Positions 12,258 through 22,456 are shown, counted from the first letter of the stretch. The stretch: 42,598 nt of DNA from Octopus bimaculoides (GCF_001194135.2 NC_068983.1:157658735-157701332), one strand, 5' to 3'. A program made the numbers and translations. Notes: a model not told the origin generated them from the sequence alone.

Positions 12258-15200
12258 ATGAATATCTTGAAGAAAATGGAGTCAATGGATACTACTGATT
12301 CCCCTTCAATACTTGAGTCACCACTGATGCAATTAGCAAATGCTAGTGCTTCTGCTGTAAGAGCTGATCTGCCGACTGAAGAACTCCCTAAAAACCAGTC
12401 ATGTGTATACACCAATGAGGAATTTTCAAGTGGGGATAATACCTTGGCAAAAGAGAATAATATATCTAATGTTTATTGTACTCAACAATTTGATCAAAAG
12501 GAATGTTTCCTGAATTCTCATCAAATGGAGTCTAATAAGGAAATGGAATTAGTCTCTACTGAGAGTTTTGAAAGTAAATTATCAAACTTTCAAGTAGATG
12601 CACAACCAAACATTATTTCTCATAATTGCTCTGATTCTACAACTAAAAATTTCTCTGTTGGTCAACCAGATTTTAAAAAATGCAATAACAAAGATACGAT
12701 ACATGATTCACAACACTTACTGCACACATCACAAATTCAGGACAGTAATGACAATTTTTTCCCATCGTCAAATTGTGTTACTGATTCAGAACAATCTAAA
12801 AAAAATTCCACTTCCAGTGATGATAATTCATCTTTTGGATCTAAAAATAATTTAAATTCATTGGCAGGAAAAATAACTTTACTACCAAAAAAATGTATAA
12901 AATCTTTTAACAATATGAGTGATACTTTTGATAAAATATCTAATAAGGAGGAAATATCTCATAACAAACAGGATCAGTCATTAAGTAGTGACTGTCAACT
13001 TGAATCTTCTGAGATAAATACTTTTGTAGAACCAATATCCATTCCTAATAGTGACAATATTGAGGCATGTTCTAAAAAGTCTGCATTACCTGAGGCTTCA
13101 ATTGAGCAAAATAGATCCCCAAATTGCAAGAACGATTTTGATTCTTCACTTAAGGAGCTGCAACGAGTTTCTAATTCTCAAACTTTGTCTAGTAAGGAAG
13201 AAACTCCTGAAAGAAATTTAAAATCTTTTATAGAATTGCCTCCAGAAAGTGAAAGCAAAGAAATTGCTGAAAAAAGTACTGGTGGAGAAGTATTTTTAGT
13301 ACATGAAAAAAATTTGCCTGTTTTAGCTCCTGATAAATTATCTAAAGTAACAGAAGAAAATACTTCTGATCATTTGCTTGATGAGGGCAGAACTCTCTCA
13401 AAATCACCAACTCAAGAGGCTTCCAGCTTTGTTACTGCTGATACATCTAAAACAGATGAAACTCCATTACCAATTACTAGTTTTACTATGAATAATGATT
13501 TAGCCGATAAACAAGTTCCAGATGAAGTGTTGACAAATATAAAAAAGAAAGCAAATACTCCTGAATTAACTTCCAAAATTGAAGCGGATAAAGATAATGC
13601 AAACACAGTTTATTCTCTTAATAAGTCCTCTGAAACTGATCAAGATGATAAAAACATTACTTCATCTCCAGCAAGAGCCACTATTTCTGAGACTGAATCC
13701 AGTAATGTCTCTAAAAGGCCACGCAGAAATATCAAGACAAAGCACATATTTTCTGCATCATTAAATGATGCTAATTCAGCCAATCAAAATGGAAAGAGAA
13801 ATGTTAAAGAGTCAAGAAAAGAATCTCTGTGCTTAAAAAAAAATAAACTACTTTCTGCAAAGAAGAAGAAGTTGAATCTATCAAAAAAATTACATGTTGA
13901 GGAAGATGAAGATTTTACAGAGCAAAAAAATGCTCAAATCAAATCATCTAATTATATTAAAGCTGATCAATTAGTTTCAGTAGTTTTTACTTCCAGTCAC
14001 TCTTCCATATCTTCAAATCCTTTAGATACTGTTTGCATGAAAACTGTTTCAGGTAAAACCAAAAATTTATTAGTAGTTCCTAAATCCACGTTTACTGTGA
14101 GTTCTCCTGATGAAAACCAATCAATCAATAAATGTTTAACCAAAAATCGAAATAGTAAACCAAAATCTGTTACAAAAGACAATAGTTCTTTACATATAAA
14201 TGTTGGAAAAGAAGCAACAAAGAATGGTGAAAATAAGAGTTCTTTCACTAAAATTAATAAAAATAGCAGTAAAAGAGTCCTTTCAGAAATAGCTTCACCA
14301 TCTTTTGATAATAAAATCACAAGTGATTCATTTTTAGATAGTATTTCTTCAAATTTTTCAAAACCCGATGAAACTGAATGTAGTATAATTTTACCTTCCA
14401 ACATGCCTATTACTTCTTCTAATCTTGCTACTTCATTTCACAATGAAGATGCAAGTCTCAGTATTACTGAAATTGAGAATTACATTAAAAAAGAGCCCAC
14501 AGACATCTCTGAGTTGAATGAGTCAGCAAGTTCTAAAGTTTATGATAGCAAAACTGAATCAGTCTCTAATGCATCCAGTTCGGTTGGTGAAACTCATGAA
14601 ATAAGGAAACTGCTTAATGCTAGTAGTTCAAATGCTACTCAGTTAATTAACTCAAATTCATCAGGCTCATCAACAACAATTCCCAATGCACAACCTCTTG
14701 GTTCTGTGAAAATTAGTCCTGTATCCCCTTATGCAATATTTTTACCGGTTTCTCTTCCTTCTGGTTCAACTGTTCCTACTACTGCATCAATATCGTCAAA
14801 CAGCTTTCAGTTAAAAGTTCCAAATATTCTTAGAAAAGAAAAACCTTTGTTACCAAATGATAATGTAATCTTTAAGAAGTCAGATGGTACAGGTCAGTTG
14901 GCCAACAATTTAAAACAGAAAAGATTTAGCAGAACTAATCTTATTCCAGCATATTTTCCTGCTCCTTTACCCAAATCTCTAATAGATAAGATAACTGTTA
15001 GTTACCATTCATGTGCTGAGTGCGGCGATACTTTTTTATTTAAGTCAAGTTTACATATTCATAAGACTCGTAAATGCATGCAAATAACTTATAACTGTGA
15101 CAATTGTACAACGAAGCTTATTTTTTATAATAAGTGCTCTGTGCTGGAGCATGTCCGTTCACATTATCCATCTCAGCCAGTTACTATTAAACCTGATAAA

Positions 15201-17261
15201 ATTGACATTGTTCCACTACCTGAAAGTATAACTGACATTCTTGAAATAGGAGACTCTGAACAAATACCAGTTCGCAAGACAACAGAAGATAGCAATAACT
15301 TTGATTGCATTGAATGTGGTGCCAAGTTCCATACCGCTCGTGCTTTAGCTAACCATTTTGGGCATTCAGAAACTGCTTGTACTTTTACCTATTACTGTGC
15401 TCTGTGTCAAACTTATTTACCTAGACATTGTGCACAGAAGGCACATCGACGTATCCATCATGAAAAAACACCACATGTTTGTCCAGAATGTGGACAGTTA
15501 ATACCTAACCTTGTATCTTTCAGGCATCATTTAAAATATAAGTGTGTTCATTTTTCCCGTATTGCACCACTTACATGTCCTAAGTGCTTTGCAAAATTTT
15601 GCTACAGTCCAGAATTAAAAGATCACATTATTTCTATACACAGTGAGACTTTTATCAAATGTTCAATTTGTCCAATGGCTTTTAAAGCCAAATCTTTTTA
15701 TCAAAACCACCACCAAAGTGTACATTTATCTGAACAAGAACAAAAGAAGGAAATTTACAAGTGCCCATTGTGTGATACAGTTTTTCATAATATCCAACAA
15801 TTAATGAATCATGTTGATGGTCACATAAATGACTTAAAAGTTGGTGTTGATTATGCTTTCCGATGTTCTGTTTGTTCGGTTATATTTGATAGACGCTCAC
15901 TTTTGTTGTCTCATCTTGGAAATTGTCATCATCTTGATTTTATGCAACACAGATGTGAATTTTGTGACTGTGTTTGCAAAACAGCCCATAATCTCCAAAC
16001 CCATCAGAAAGCAATCCATAAAATTGAAATGTCAAAAATTAATAGCAAAAATGAAGCAAAAACAGAAAAGGATGATATAAAATCTAAAAAATGTAAAGAT
16101 AAAGGTATTGCATATTGTTCTTTATGTCAAATATTTTTTGCCACTGAAGGTCAACTGCAAATGCATTCATCAAAGGTTCATGAAAATAAACTTGATGATT
16201 CTTCTGCAGTTACTACAAAAACTCGAAATACACAAAAATTTTGCCAATACTGTAGTGCTCCCTATAAATCTTGGAATCGTCTCATGCAGCATATTTTAGG
16301 ACATCGGCAGTCAGGAGTTTATATGTGTCTTATGTGTACAAATGCTGCTTTTCTTACAAAAGAAGATCTCCACAAGCATGAGGAATTTTGTAGTGGAGAA
16401 TCTAGTCAAGGAAAGTTACCAACTGTGTTTGAATGCAAAGAATGTCATGAGCTTTTCAAGCAAGAGAACTGGTTAATAGCACATCAGAAAAATATCCATT
16501 CAAAGAAAGCCATGTTCCCTTGTCATTTATGTAACTTAGTGTGTAAATCAAATGACTCCTTAGTTAGGCATATACAAATATCACATGAAAAGAAAAAACA
16601 TTTTTATTCATGTCAAGTTTGTAAAGAAATGAACAAGGAAAAGGTATTCAGACGTCGGATCCAACTTGAAAAACATATAATTTCTAAACATAAAACGCTT
16701 CGTAATAAAAGCAATAGTTCTAAAATAGCGCTTCAACCAAATGTGGCTAAGCAATCTACAGAAACTGACATTAAAGAGCAAGCACATGGTATTAATGTGG
16801 ATAACCAGCCCTTAAAGAAATTAAAAACACAAGAAGAAACTTTTTCCTGTGTTAAATGTGTCTTTACCACTAAAGATCATAACTTGTTTCAAATTCATAT
16901 ACAAGAGCACAAAAGTGTTAGTGATGGTATCAGGTGCAGTGAATGTGGATTGTGTTTTACTGCAGTTGATTCACTTCGGATGCATTTGTTTATGATTCAT
17001 AAAATAAAACAAACAAATGAATTTTTGAGCAGTCATGGTTTGCTTTATAAAAAAAATAAACTTAAAACAGAAAATGCTTTAGAAAGTTCTCCACAACAGT
17101 TAAGTAATATAGAAAATGATGCAACTGAACAAGCTCAATCTTTTGAATGTAATGTATGTTACAAAGTGTTTGAAAGTGAACATCTCCTTAAAGTACATTT
17201 GCGAACTCATGGAATGGCATTTATTCGTTCAAAACGTCTTAACTTAACTGAAACAACATAA
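12258..17261 (+). CDS. ZNF532: C2H2 zinc-finger protein of the ZNF532/ZNF592/ZNF687 family, 1667 aa, single coding exon
   Basis: Uninterrupted ORF: ~918 aa S/N/T/K-rich low-complexity N-terminus, then ~19 C2H2-like fingers without TGEKP linkers. Family-diagnostic motifs: C.ECGD.F....SL..H..R......C..C...LIFYNKCS.L.H.R.H, HRRIH....PHVCPECG and terminal HLRTHGMAFIRSKR. Acceptor TTTTTACCTTACAG at 12198. The symbol marks the family; the three vertebrate paralogs are probably co-orthologs. Confidence 0.92.
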   Translation: MNILKKMESMDTTDSPSILESPLMQLANASASAVRADLPTEELPKNQSCVYTNEEFSSGDNTLAKENNISNVYCTQQFDQKECFLNSHQMESNKEMELVSTESFESKLSNFQVDAQPNIISHNCSDSTTKNFSVGQPDFKKCNNKDTIHDSQHLLHTSQIQDSNDNFFPSSNCVTDSEQSKKNSTSSDDNSSFGSKNNLNSLAGKITLLPKKCIKSFNNMSDTFDKISNKEEISHNKQDQSLSSDCQLESSEINTFVEPISIPNSDNIEACSKKSALPEASIEQNRSPNCKNDFDSSLKELQRVSNSQTLSSKEETPERNLKSFIELPPESESKEIAEKSTGGEVFLVHEKNLPVLAPDKLSKVTEENTSDHLLDEGRTLSKSPTQEASSFVTADTSKTDETPLPITSFTMNNDLADKQVPDEVLTNIKKKANTPELTSKIEADKDNANTVYSLNKSSETDQDDKNITSSPARATISETESSNVSKRPRRNIKTKHIFSASLNDANSANQNGKRNVKESRKESLCLKKNKLLSAKKKKLNLSKKLHVEEDEDFTEQKNAQIKSSNYIKADQLVSVVFTSSHSSISSNPLDTVCMKTVSGKTKNLLVVPKSTFTVSSPDENQSINKCLTKNRNSKPKSVTKDNSSLHINVGKEATKNGENKSSFTKINKNSSKRVLSEIASPSFDNKITSDSFLDSISSNFSKPDETECSIILPSNMPITSSNLATSFHNEDASLSITEIENYIKKEPTDISELNESASSKVYDSKTESVSNASSSVGETHEIRKLLNASSSNATQLINSNSSGSSTTIPNAQPLGSVKISPVSPYAIFLPVSLPSGSTVPTTASISSNSFQLKVPNILRKEKPLLPNDNVIFKKSDGTGQLANNLKQKRFSRTNLIPAYFPAPLPKSLIDKITVSYHSCAECGDTFLFKSSLHIHKTRKCMQITYNCDNCTTKLIFYNKCSVLEHVRSHYPSQPVTIKPDKIDIVPLPESITDILEIGDSEQIPVRKTTEDSNNFDCIECGAKFHTARALANHFGHSETACTFTYYCALCQTYLPRHCAQKAHRRIHHEKTPHVCPECGQLIPNLVSFRHHLKYKCVHFSRIAPLTCPKCFAKFCYSPELKDHIISIHSETFIKCSICPMAFKAKSFYQNHHQSVHLSEQEQKKEIYKCPLCDTVFHNIQQLMNHVDGHINDLKVGVDYAFRCSVCSVIFDRRSLLLSHLGNCHHLDFMQHRCEFCDCVCKTAHNLQTHQKAIHKIEMSKINSKNEAKTEKDDIKSKKCKDKGIAYCSLCQIFFATEGQLQMHSSKVHENKLDDSSAVTTKTRNTQKFCQYCSAPYKSWNRLMQHILGHRQSGVYMCLMCTNAAFLTKEDLHKHEEFCSGESSQGKLPTVFECKECHELFKQENWLIAHQKNIHSKKAMFPCHLCNLVCKSNDSLVRHIQISHEKKKHFYSCQVCKEMNKEKVFRRRIQLEKHIISKHKTLRNKSNSSKIALQPNVAKQSTETDIKEQAHGINVDNQPLKKLKTQEETFSCVKCVFTTKDHNLFQIHIQEHKSVSDGIRCSECGLCFTAVDSLRMHLFMIHKIKQTNEFLSSHGLLYKKNKLKTENALESSPQQLSNIENDATEQAQSFECNVCYKVFESEHLLKVHLRTHGMAFIRSKRLNLTETT

Positions 17262-17584
17262 ATTTTTCATGTTTTTGCGTTATTTATTAAATATTATGAC
17301 CTTGTATTCTATTTTTAATTCATGCATTCTGCATTACTTCTTTTATACTTCTCTCTTGTTCACTACTTTTTAAATTGTTTTTGCAGTAGTTTAATGTGGA
17401 GCTCAACAGATTAATCTTCACTCTTTCACATTGCATCATCATTTCACATTGTAGCTTAGATAATATGAGATGCAAACTGATACTCTTGTGAATTGTTGAT
17501 TTCGGTTTAGCCTACTCAAGCAGATCTGTGATATCTTATCTTTTGAAACTCACTTTATCTGACTACCTTTTGTTTAAGGATGCC

Positions 17585-17750
17585 GCTGGTGTCATGTAAA
17601 AGCATCCAGTTCACTCTGTAAAGTGATTGCCATTAGGAAGGGCATCCAGCCATAAAAACCATGCCAAAACATTCAGTTGAGCTTGGGGCAGTCCTCTGGC
17701 TTGCCAGCTCCTGTCAAACCATCCAACCCAACCATGATGGAGATGATGAT
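17585..17750 (+). mobile_element. Decayed RTE-type tail in the presumptive 3'UTR
   Basis: AAAAGCATCC...TTAGGAAGGGCATCCAGCC...CCATCCAACCC...(GAT)n. Confidence 0.75.
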
Positions 17751-18119
17751 AGTAGAGTGTGATTTGAGAAAGATTTAGCAATTATTTCTAGCAGATTGTT
17801 GTTCAGCTTCAAGCTTGATTGAGCAGATCTGCAATCACAGCCTTTCCAGTCATGATTTTCCATCTTCTTTGTACTCCATTGTCTACTTTGGCTTTTCTTT
17901 TTTAAGATGGTAGATAGGATTTAAGGGAGATATGGTTGCTATTTCTATCAGGCGAAGAGACTACCCCACAGATAGAGTGATGTTGACTAAGCTATTGAAT
18001 ACTTTATCATACTGGCATATTCTTCAGTAATTTCTGATTTGTAAATGGGTGTAAAGTCATTTATTAAATGACATTAACATATTTTTGGTAAAAAAAAATG
18101 TCTTTTTTGTATTTTCAAT

Positions 18120-18530
18120 TATCATCATCATTGGACGATTTGACTGAGGACTGGCGAACCAGATGGCTGCACCAGGCTCCAGTCTGATCTGGCAGAGTTT
18201 CTACAGCTAGATGCCCTTCCTAACGCCAACCACTCCGAGAGTGTAGTGGGTGCTTTTGCATGCCACCGGCATGAGGGCCAGTCAGGTGGTACTTGCAATG
18301 GCCACGCTCAAATGGTGTTTTTTACATGCCACCTGCACAGGAGCCAGTCCAGTGGCGCTGGCAACAACCTCACTTGAATGTTTTTTCACATGCCACTGGC
18401 ACAAGTGCCAGTAAGTGCTGGTAATGATCATGCTCAAATGGTGCTATTTACATGCCACTCGCACAGAAACCTGACAGCTGCTCTAGCAATGATCATGCTC
18501 GGATGGTGCTGTTAGTGCTCCACTGGCATT
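18120..18530 (-). mobile_element. RTE-type tail with degenerate tandem units
   Basis: (ATC)n TTGGACGATTTGACTGAGGACTGG...GATGCCCTTCCTAACGCCAACCAC plus repeated GCTCAAATGGTG units. Confidence 0.85.
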
Positions 18531-18660
18531 GAATGTGGTTCAGTTACGATTTGCATTTTAAACTAACTTCTTTTAGTAGCAAAAGTATTTAACTCCTGGT
18601 TACAAATGTTACTTGCTAAAGAATATTCCATGTTCTTGAACAGGGCTTGAAATTCACAAT

Positions 18661-18812
18661 ATCAAATTCTGCCAAGGTCGACTTTGCCTTTCATCCTTTC
18701 GGGGTCAATAAATTAAGTACCAGTTGTGTACTGGGGCCAATCTAATTGACTGGCCCCTTCCCCAAAAGCTTCAGGCCTTGTATCTAGAGTAGAAAAGAAT
18801 ATTCAATTAACA
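18661..18812 (+). mobile_element. Deu/Nin-core SINE fragment
   Basis: GTCGACTTTGCCTTTCATCCTTTCGGGGTCAATAAATTAAGTACCAG. Confidence 0.75.
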
Positions 18813-18828
18813 GCAATATTATGTTGTT

Positions 18829-18891
<63 letters not shown>

Positions 18892-19072
18892 AAAAATCTT
18901 ATTAGAATGTTATCATTTTTATTTAGAAAAAAAAAAAAAATTATTAATTTTATTTTTACTGTGTTCCATCTTATCTTAGATTCTAAATTTCATTCTTAGC
19001 AGCTGTTACTTTTTTATGTCAATCGGAGATACTATTTAGCTATGCTTTAAGTCAAAATGTGAAACAGTTCTA

Positions 19073-19586
19073 TATTTGAGAGATGAGGAATTATGTACAT
19101 TATTTACATTTGACGGATATTGATAAATCGGGTATAGCTGATCATGTACGGAAAAATGATCACTTCTCTCTGTGGGATGACGTTAAAATAATAGACAGAG
19201 AACACCACTGGAAAACTAAAAGAGGCAGCACATACCCTAGGACATAATAACCTCCTAAGCCGACCTAGTGTAGATATGAATAGCACAGGGGAACCGGTAT
19301 TAAGGGAGGATAGAAAAATATTAGATTTATAAGCCCTAAAATTCTCTCCATAATTGCCCATGGGCATATGGTGTTGTGGTTAAGAGCACAGGCCACTAAC
19401 CCCAAGATTCCGAGTTCGATTCCAGGCAGTTAATAATAATAATAATATTGGAAAAAATACCTTAGGAATGAGAACCCAGGTTCGAAATTCCCCCAGGACA
19501 CCTGATGATGGCTGGAGAGTACATCGGCTGAAACATTATGTTAACAATAAACAAGATGGCGACAAATATCCGTCAAATGTAAATGT
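19073..19586 (+). mobile_element. Penelope-like element fragment: GIY-YIG C-terminus and pseudo-LTR region
   Basis: 19122-19332 translates DKSGIADHVRKNDHFSLWDDVKIIDREHHWK, then after a frameshift LKEAAHTLGHNNLLSRPS...*. This fits the PLE pattern S.IA.H...H..W..VKI.D.E....RK.KEA.HI. A 20-bp perfect inverted repeat lies at 19102-19121 and 19565-19584. Confidence 0.8.
19497..19542 (+). ncRNA. Decayed minimal type I hammerhead ribozyme motif
   Basis: GACAC-CTGATGA-T-GGCTG-(10 nt)-CGGCT-GAAAC-ATT-ATGTT: core boxes, stem II and most of stem I are present; two G-to-A changes separate it from a canonical fold. Confidence 0.65.
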
Positions 19587-19624
19587 CAAAGTGTGAAGTC
19601 AACTAAAATGGGAAAAAATATATA

Positions 19625-19805
19625 GATGCAGGTGTAGCCAATTGGTTAAGAAGTTGTCTTCCCAATCACGTGGTTTCAGTTTCAATCCCAATGAAGGGCA
19701 AATTGGGCAAGTGCCTTCAACTATAGCTCCATGCTGACCAAAGAATTGTGAGCGAATCTGGTTGGTAGAAACTGAAAATAGCCTATTGTGTGTGTTGTAT
19801 GTATA
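19625..19805 (+). mobile_element. Decayed tRNA-derived SINE head
   Basis: GCAGGTGTAGCCAATTGGTTAAGAAG...TTGGGCAAGTG...GAAACTGAAA followed by a TG/TA tract. Confidence 0.7.
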
Positions 19806-19814
19806 TATATATAA

Positions 19815-20412
19815 AATCTTTTTATCTTTTACATGTTTCAGTGATTAGAATGTGGCCATCCTGCAGCACTGCTTTGATGAATTTTAATCAATACCAGTAC
19901 TTTTTCAAGCTGGGTACTTATTCTATTGGTCTTTTTGTTAAATCACCAAGTTACAGGGACCTAAACAAACCAAAACTGGTTTCAAGTAGTAGGACACACA
20001 CACATATGTATGATGGGCTTCTTTCATTTTCTGTTTGCCAAATTTGCTCACAGGGCTATAGAGTAGAAGACATTTGTCCAAGGTGCCACAGATTGGGACA
20101 AAGCCTGAAACCATGTGGTTGGGAAGCAACCACATGGGGCTCCACCTTGAAGGGTTTAGTCAAACAGATCAACCCCAGTTCTTACTTTTGAAGTCTAGTA
20201 TTCTGTTTCTTTTGCCAAACAGCTAAGATACAGGGATGTAAACAAACCAACACTGGTTGTCAAACAGTGGTTGGGAACAGACACCACACTCACACACAAA
20301 TACAAGCACAAGCATGTGTATCATGGGCTTCTTTCAGTTCCCATCTACCAAATCCATTCACAAGGCTGTAGTTGGCCAGGACTATAGTAGAAGACACTTG
20401 CCCAAGGTGCCA
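19815..20412 (-). mobile_element. Two tandem tRNA-derived SINE copies (family A)
   Basis: Two consecutive blocks of CTGCTAAG/TAAACAAACC...(CA)n...GGGCTTCTTTCA...GACA(C/T)TTG(C/T)CCAAGGTGCC, homologous to 35860-36260. Confidence 0.75.
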
Positions 20413-20456
<44 letters not shown>

Positions 20457-20461
20457 TTTCT

Positions 20462-22020
20462 ATAAGAATTGGGTAGAGGAAGTTTAGAGAGCTATTACCT
20501 CTGTTGGCAACAAAAGGCTTCTCTCTCAGAATGAAAGGTAGACTATACAATGCTTGTGTACCGACAGCTGTACTCCATGGGAGTGAGACATGGGCTCTGA
20601 ATACTGAAGACATGCGTAGACTGAACAGAATCGAAGGTAGTATGCTCCGTTGGATGTGCAACATCAGTGCACATGTACTACAAAGTGAAAATGTTTTGAG
20701 AAAAAAGTTGGGCATAAGAGAAATCAAATGTAGCATGCAGGAGAGAAGACTACGTTGGTTTGGACGTGATGCGTATGAATGAGGACAGCTGCATAAAGAA
20801 GTGCTGATCACTGAAATTGGATGGTACCAATGGAAGAAGGAGACCCAGGAAGAAGTGGTAAGGACTGATCTCAGGAAGTTGGACCTCATGGAGGAAATGA
20901 CCATGGACCGAGATGTCTGGCAATATGAAGTTCTAGAAGCATTGTGTTGGAAACTTCTCACTCACTCTACCACAATGAACCAAACTATGTTTCTACATCC
21001 CTTCTCTTCCTCACATTCCCACTTCATGTACTATGATTACCTCCCACTCCCCAATCTTGGCCCTGTGCCACTGTATCATTGCTCTCTGCTTGCTTGCTGT
21101 ATGTTCTACCCACATGCCTTATCTCACTCTATTATTGCCATCTGCTAGCCCCCAACTTGGGTGTACCACCCACACATAACAAGAAAACTTTACCCTCACC
21201 CTACCCGGACAAGCCAATTTACATCTCTTTCTCGCATTTCCTCCTTCATTCACTAAGCTGAGCTCTCACCCCCCTGCTCATCATTGCTATCCAGTAGCCC
21301 CCTCCAACTCTATATATACCCAGGTCTTTCTCGCACTCCCTTTGCAATATCCTGTCACTTATATTATGGCATTTGAACCTCAAGGGCATGTCCTGGCACT
21401 TGCCACTATCTATACCACTCTCTTCCTTTACTCAGCCACTTCATTTATACTCCAATCCCCGTTCCTTGTGAGCATGCCCAGCATTTTACCTCCATCTCCA
21501 TCCTGTGGTCTCCCTCTCTCCCCCCACCTCCTCCACTTCCCACAGGCTGGGCAACCATGTATTTTCTTTGCGGTAGCACAAGTGTTTCTGTCTTCATCCC
21601 TGATCTTTCTCTCTCCAGCTGGGTAACCTTGTACTTCCGCTTCAGCAAGACGTCTATATCTGTCTCACTATAACCCTTTCATCATCACCTCCTCCCCTCT
21701 TAAAAGTTTTTGTCTTGCAAGTACTTGGTGACCCTGTCAGTGCAGGTGCCACTTAAAAGCACTCAGTCCACACTGTAAAGTGGTTGGTGTTCGGAAGGGC
21801 ATCCAGCTCTAAAAACTTTGTCAAAACTGACCTCGCCTGTGCTTGTGCCACGTAAAAAGCACTAAGTCCACTCTGCTGAGTGGTTGGTGTTAGGAAGGGC
21901 ATCCAGCTGTAAAAATCCTGCTAAAACAGTTACAGAAGTCTAGTGCAGGCTTTGGCCTGGCCAGCTCTTGTACCATCCTACCCATGCCCGCATGGAGCAC
22001 AAATGCTAAATGATGATGAT
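20462..22020 (+). mobile_element. 5'-truncated RTE-type LINE: decayed ORF C-terminus, pyrimidine-rich 3'UTR and (GAT)n tail
   Basis: KFRELLPLLATKGFSLRMKGRLYNACV...LHGSETWAL...SMLRWMCN...RRLRWFG and EEVVRTDLRKLDL...DRDVW, then a C/T-rich region, duplicated GTGGTTGGTGTT(C/A)GGAAGGGCATCCAGCT and GATGATGAT at 22020. Confidence 0.8.
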
Positions 22021-22230
22021 ATATTTATATATATTGTAGCAAATAGACAATGGGAATTCATTCATTGAGGTAATAGGTGAGTGCTCAGTTTGGTTTACCA
22101 CTAAAACTCCAGCTTCAACTACAACTGAAAAATATGGTGCTGAGAATGCCTCTCAAAGGTAGCTAGAAGTGGTTTCTTCTTGGGCGGATGGATATAGATA
22201 GAAAATGTAAAAAAAAAACATTTGGCATCA

Positions 22231-22456
22231 CTTACTCTTTTACTTGTTTCAGTCTTTTGACTGTGGCCATGCTGGAGCACCGCCTTTAGTCGAGCAAATC
22301 GACCCCAGGACTTATTCTTTGGAAGCCTAGTACTTACTCTATCGGTCTCTTTTGCCGAACCGCTAAGTTACGGGGACGTAAACACACCAGCATCAGTTGT
22401 CAAGTGATGTTGGGGGGGACAAACACACACATACATATATATATATATATACATAT
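22231..22456 (-). mobile_element. Family A SINE 3' half ending at an assembly gap
   Basis: TACTCTTTTACTTGTTTCAGTC...GGCCATGCTGGAGCACCGCC...CCGAACCGCTAAGTTACGGGGAC then a CA/TA tract and Ns. Confidence 0.85.

Noticed and set aside
12598-16299. Short overlapping ORFs inside the zinc-finger CDS
   Set aside because: Expected by-products of a long coding exon; no independent signals.
19362-19432. Functional tRNA gene
   Set aside because: A and B boxes are present but acceptor and anticodon stems do not pair cleanly; treated as a tRNA-derived head, as for the SINE heads elsewhere.
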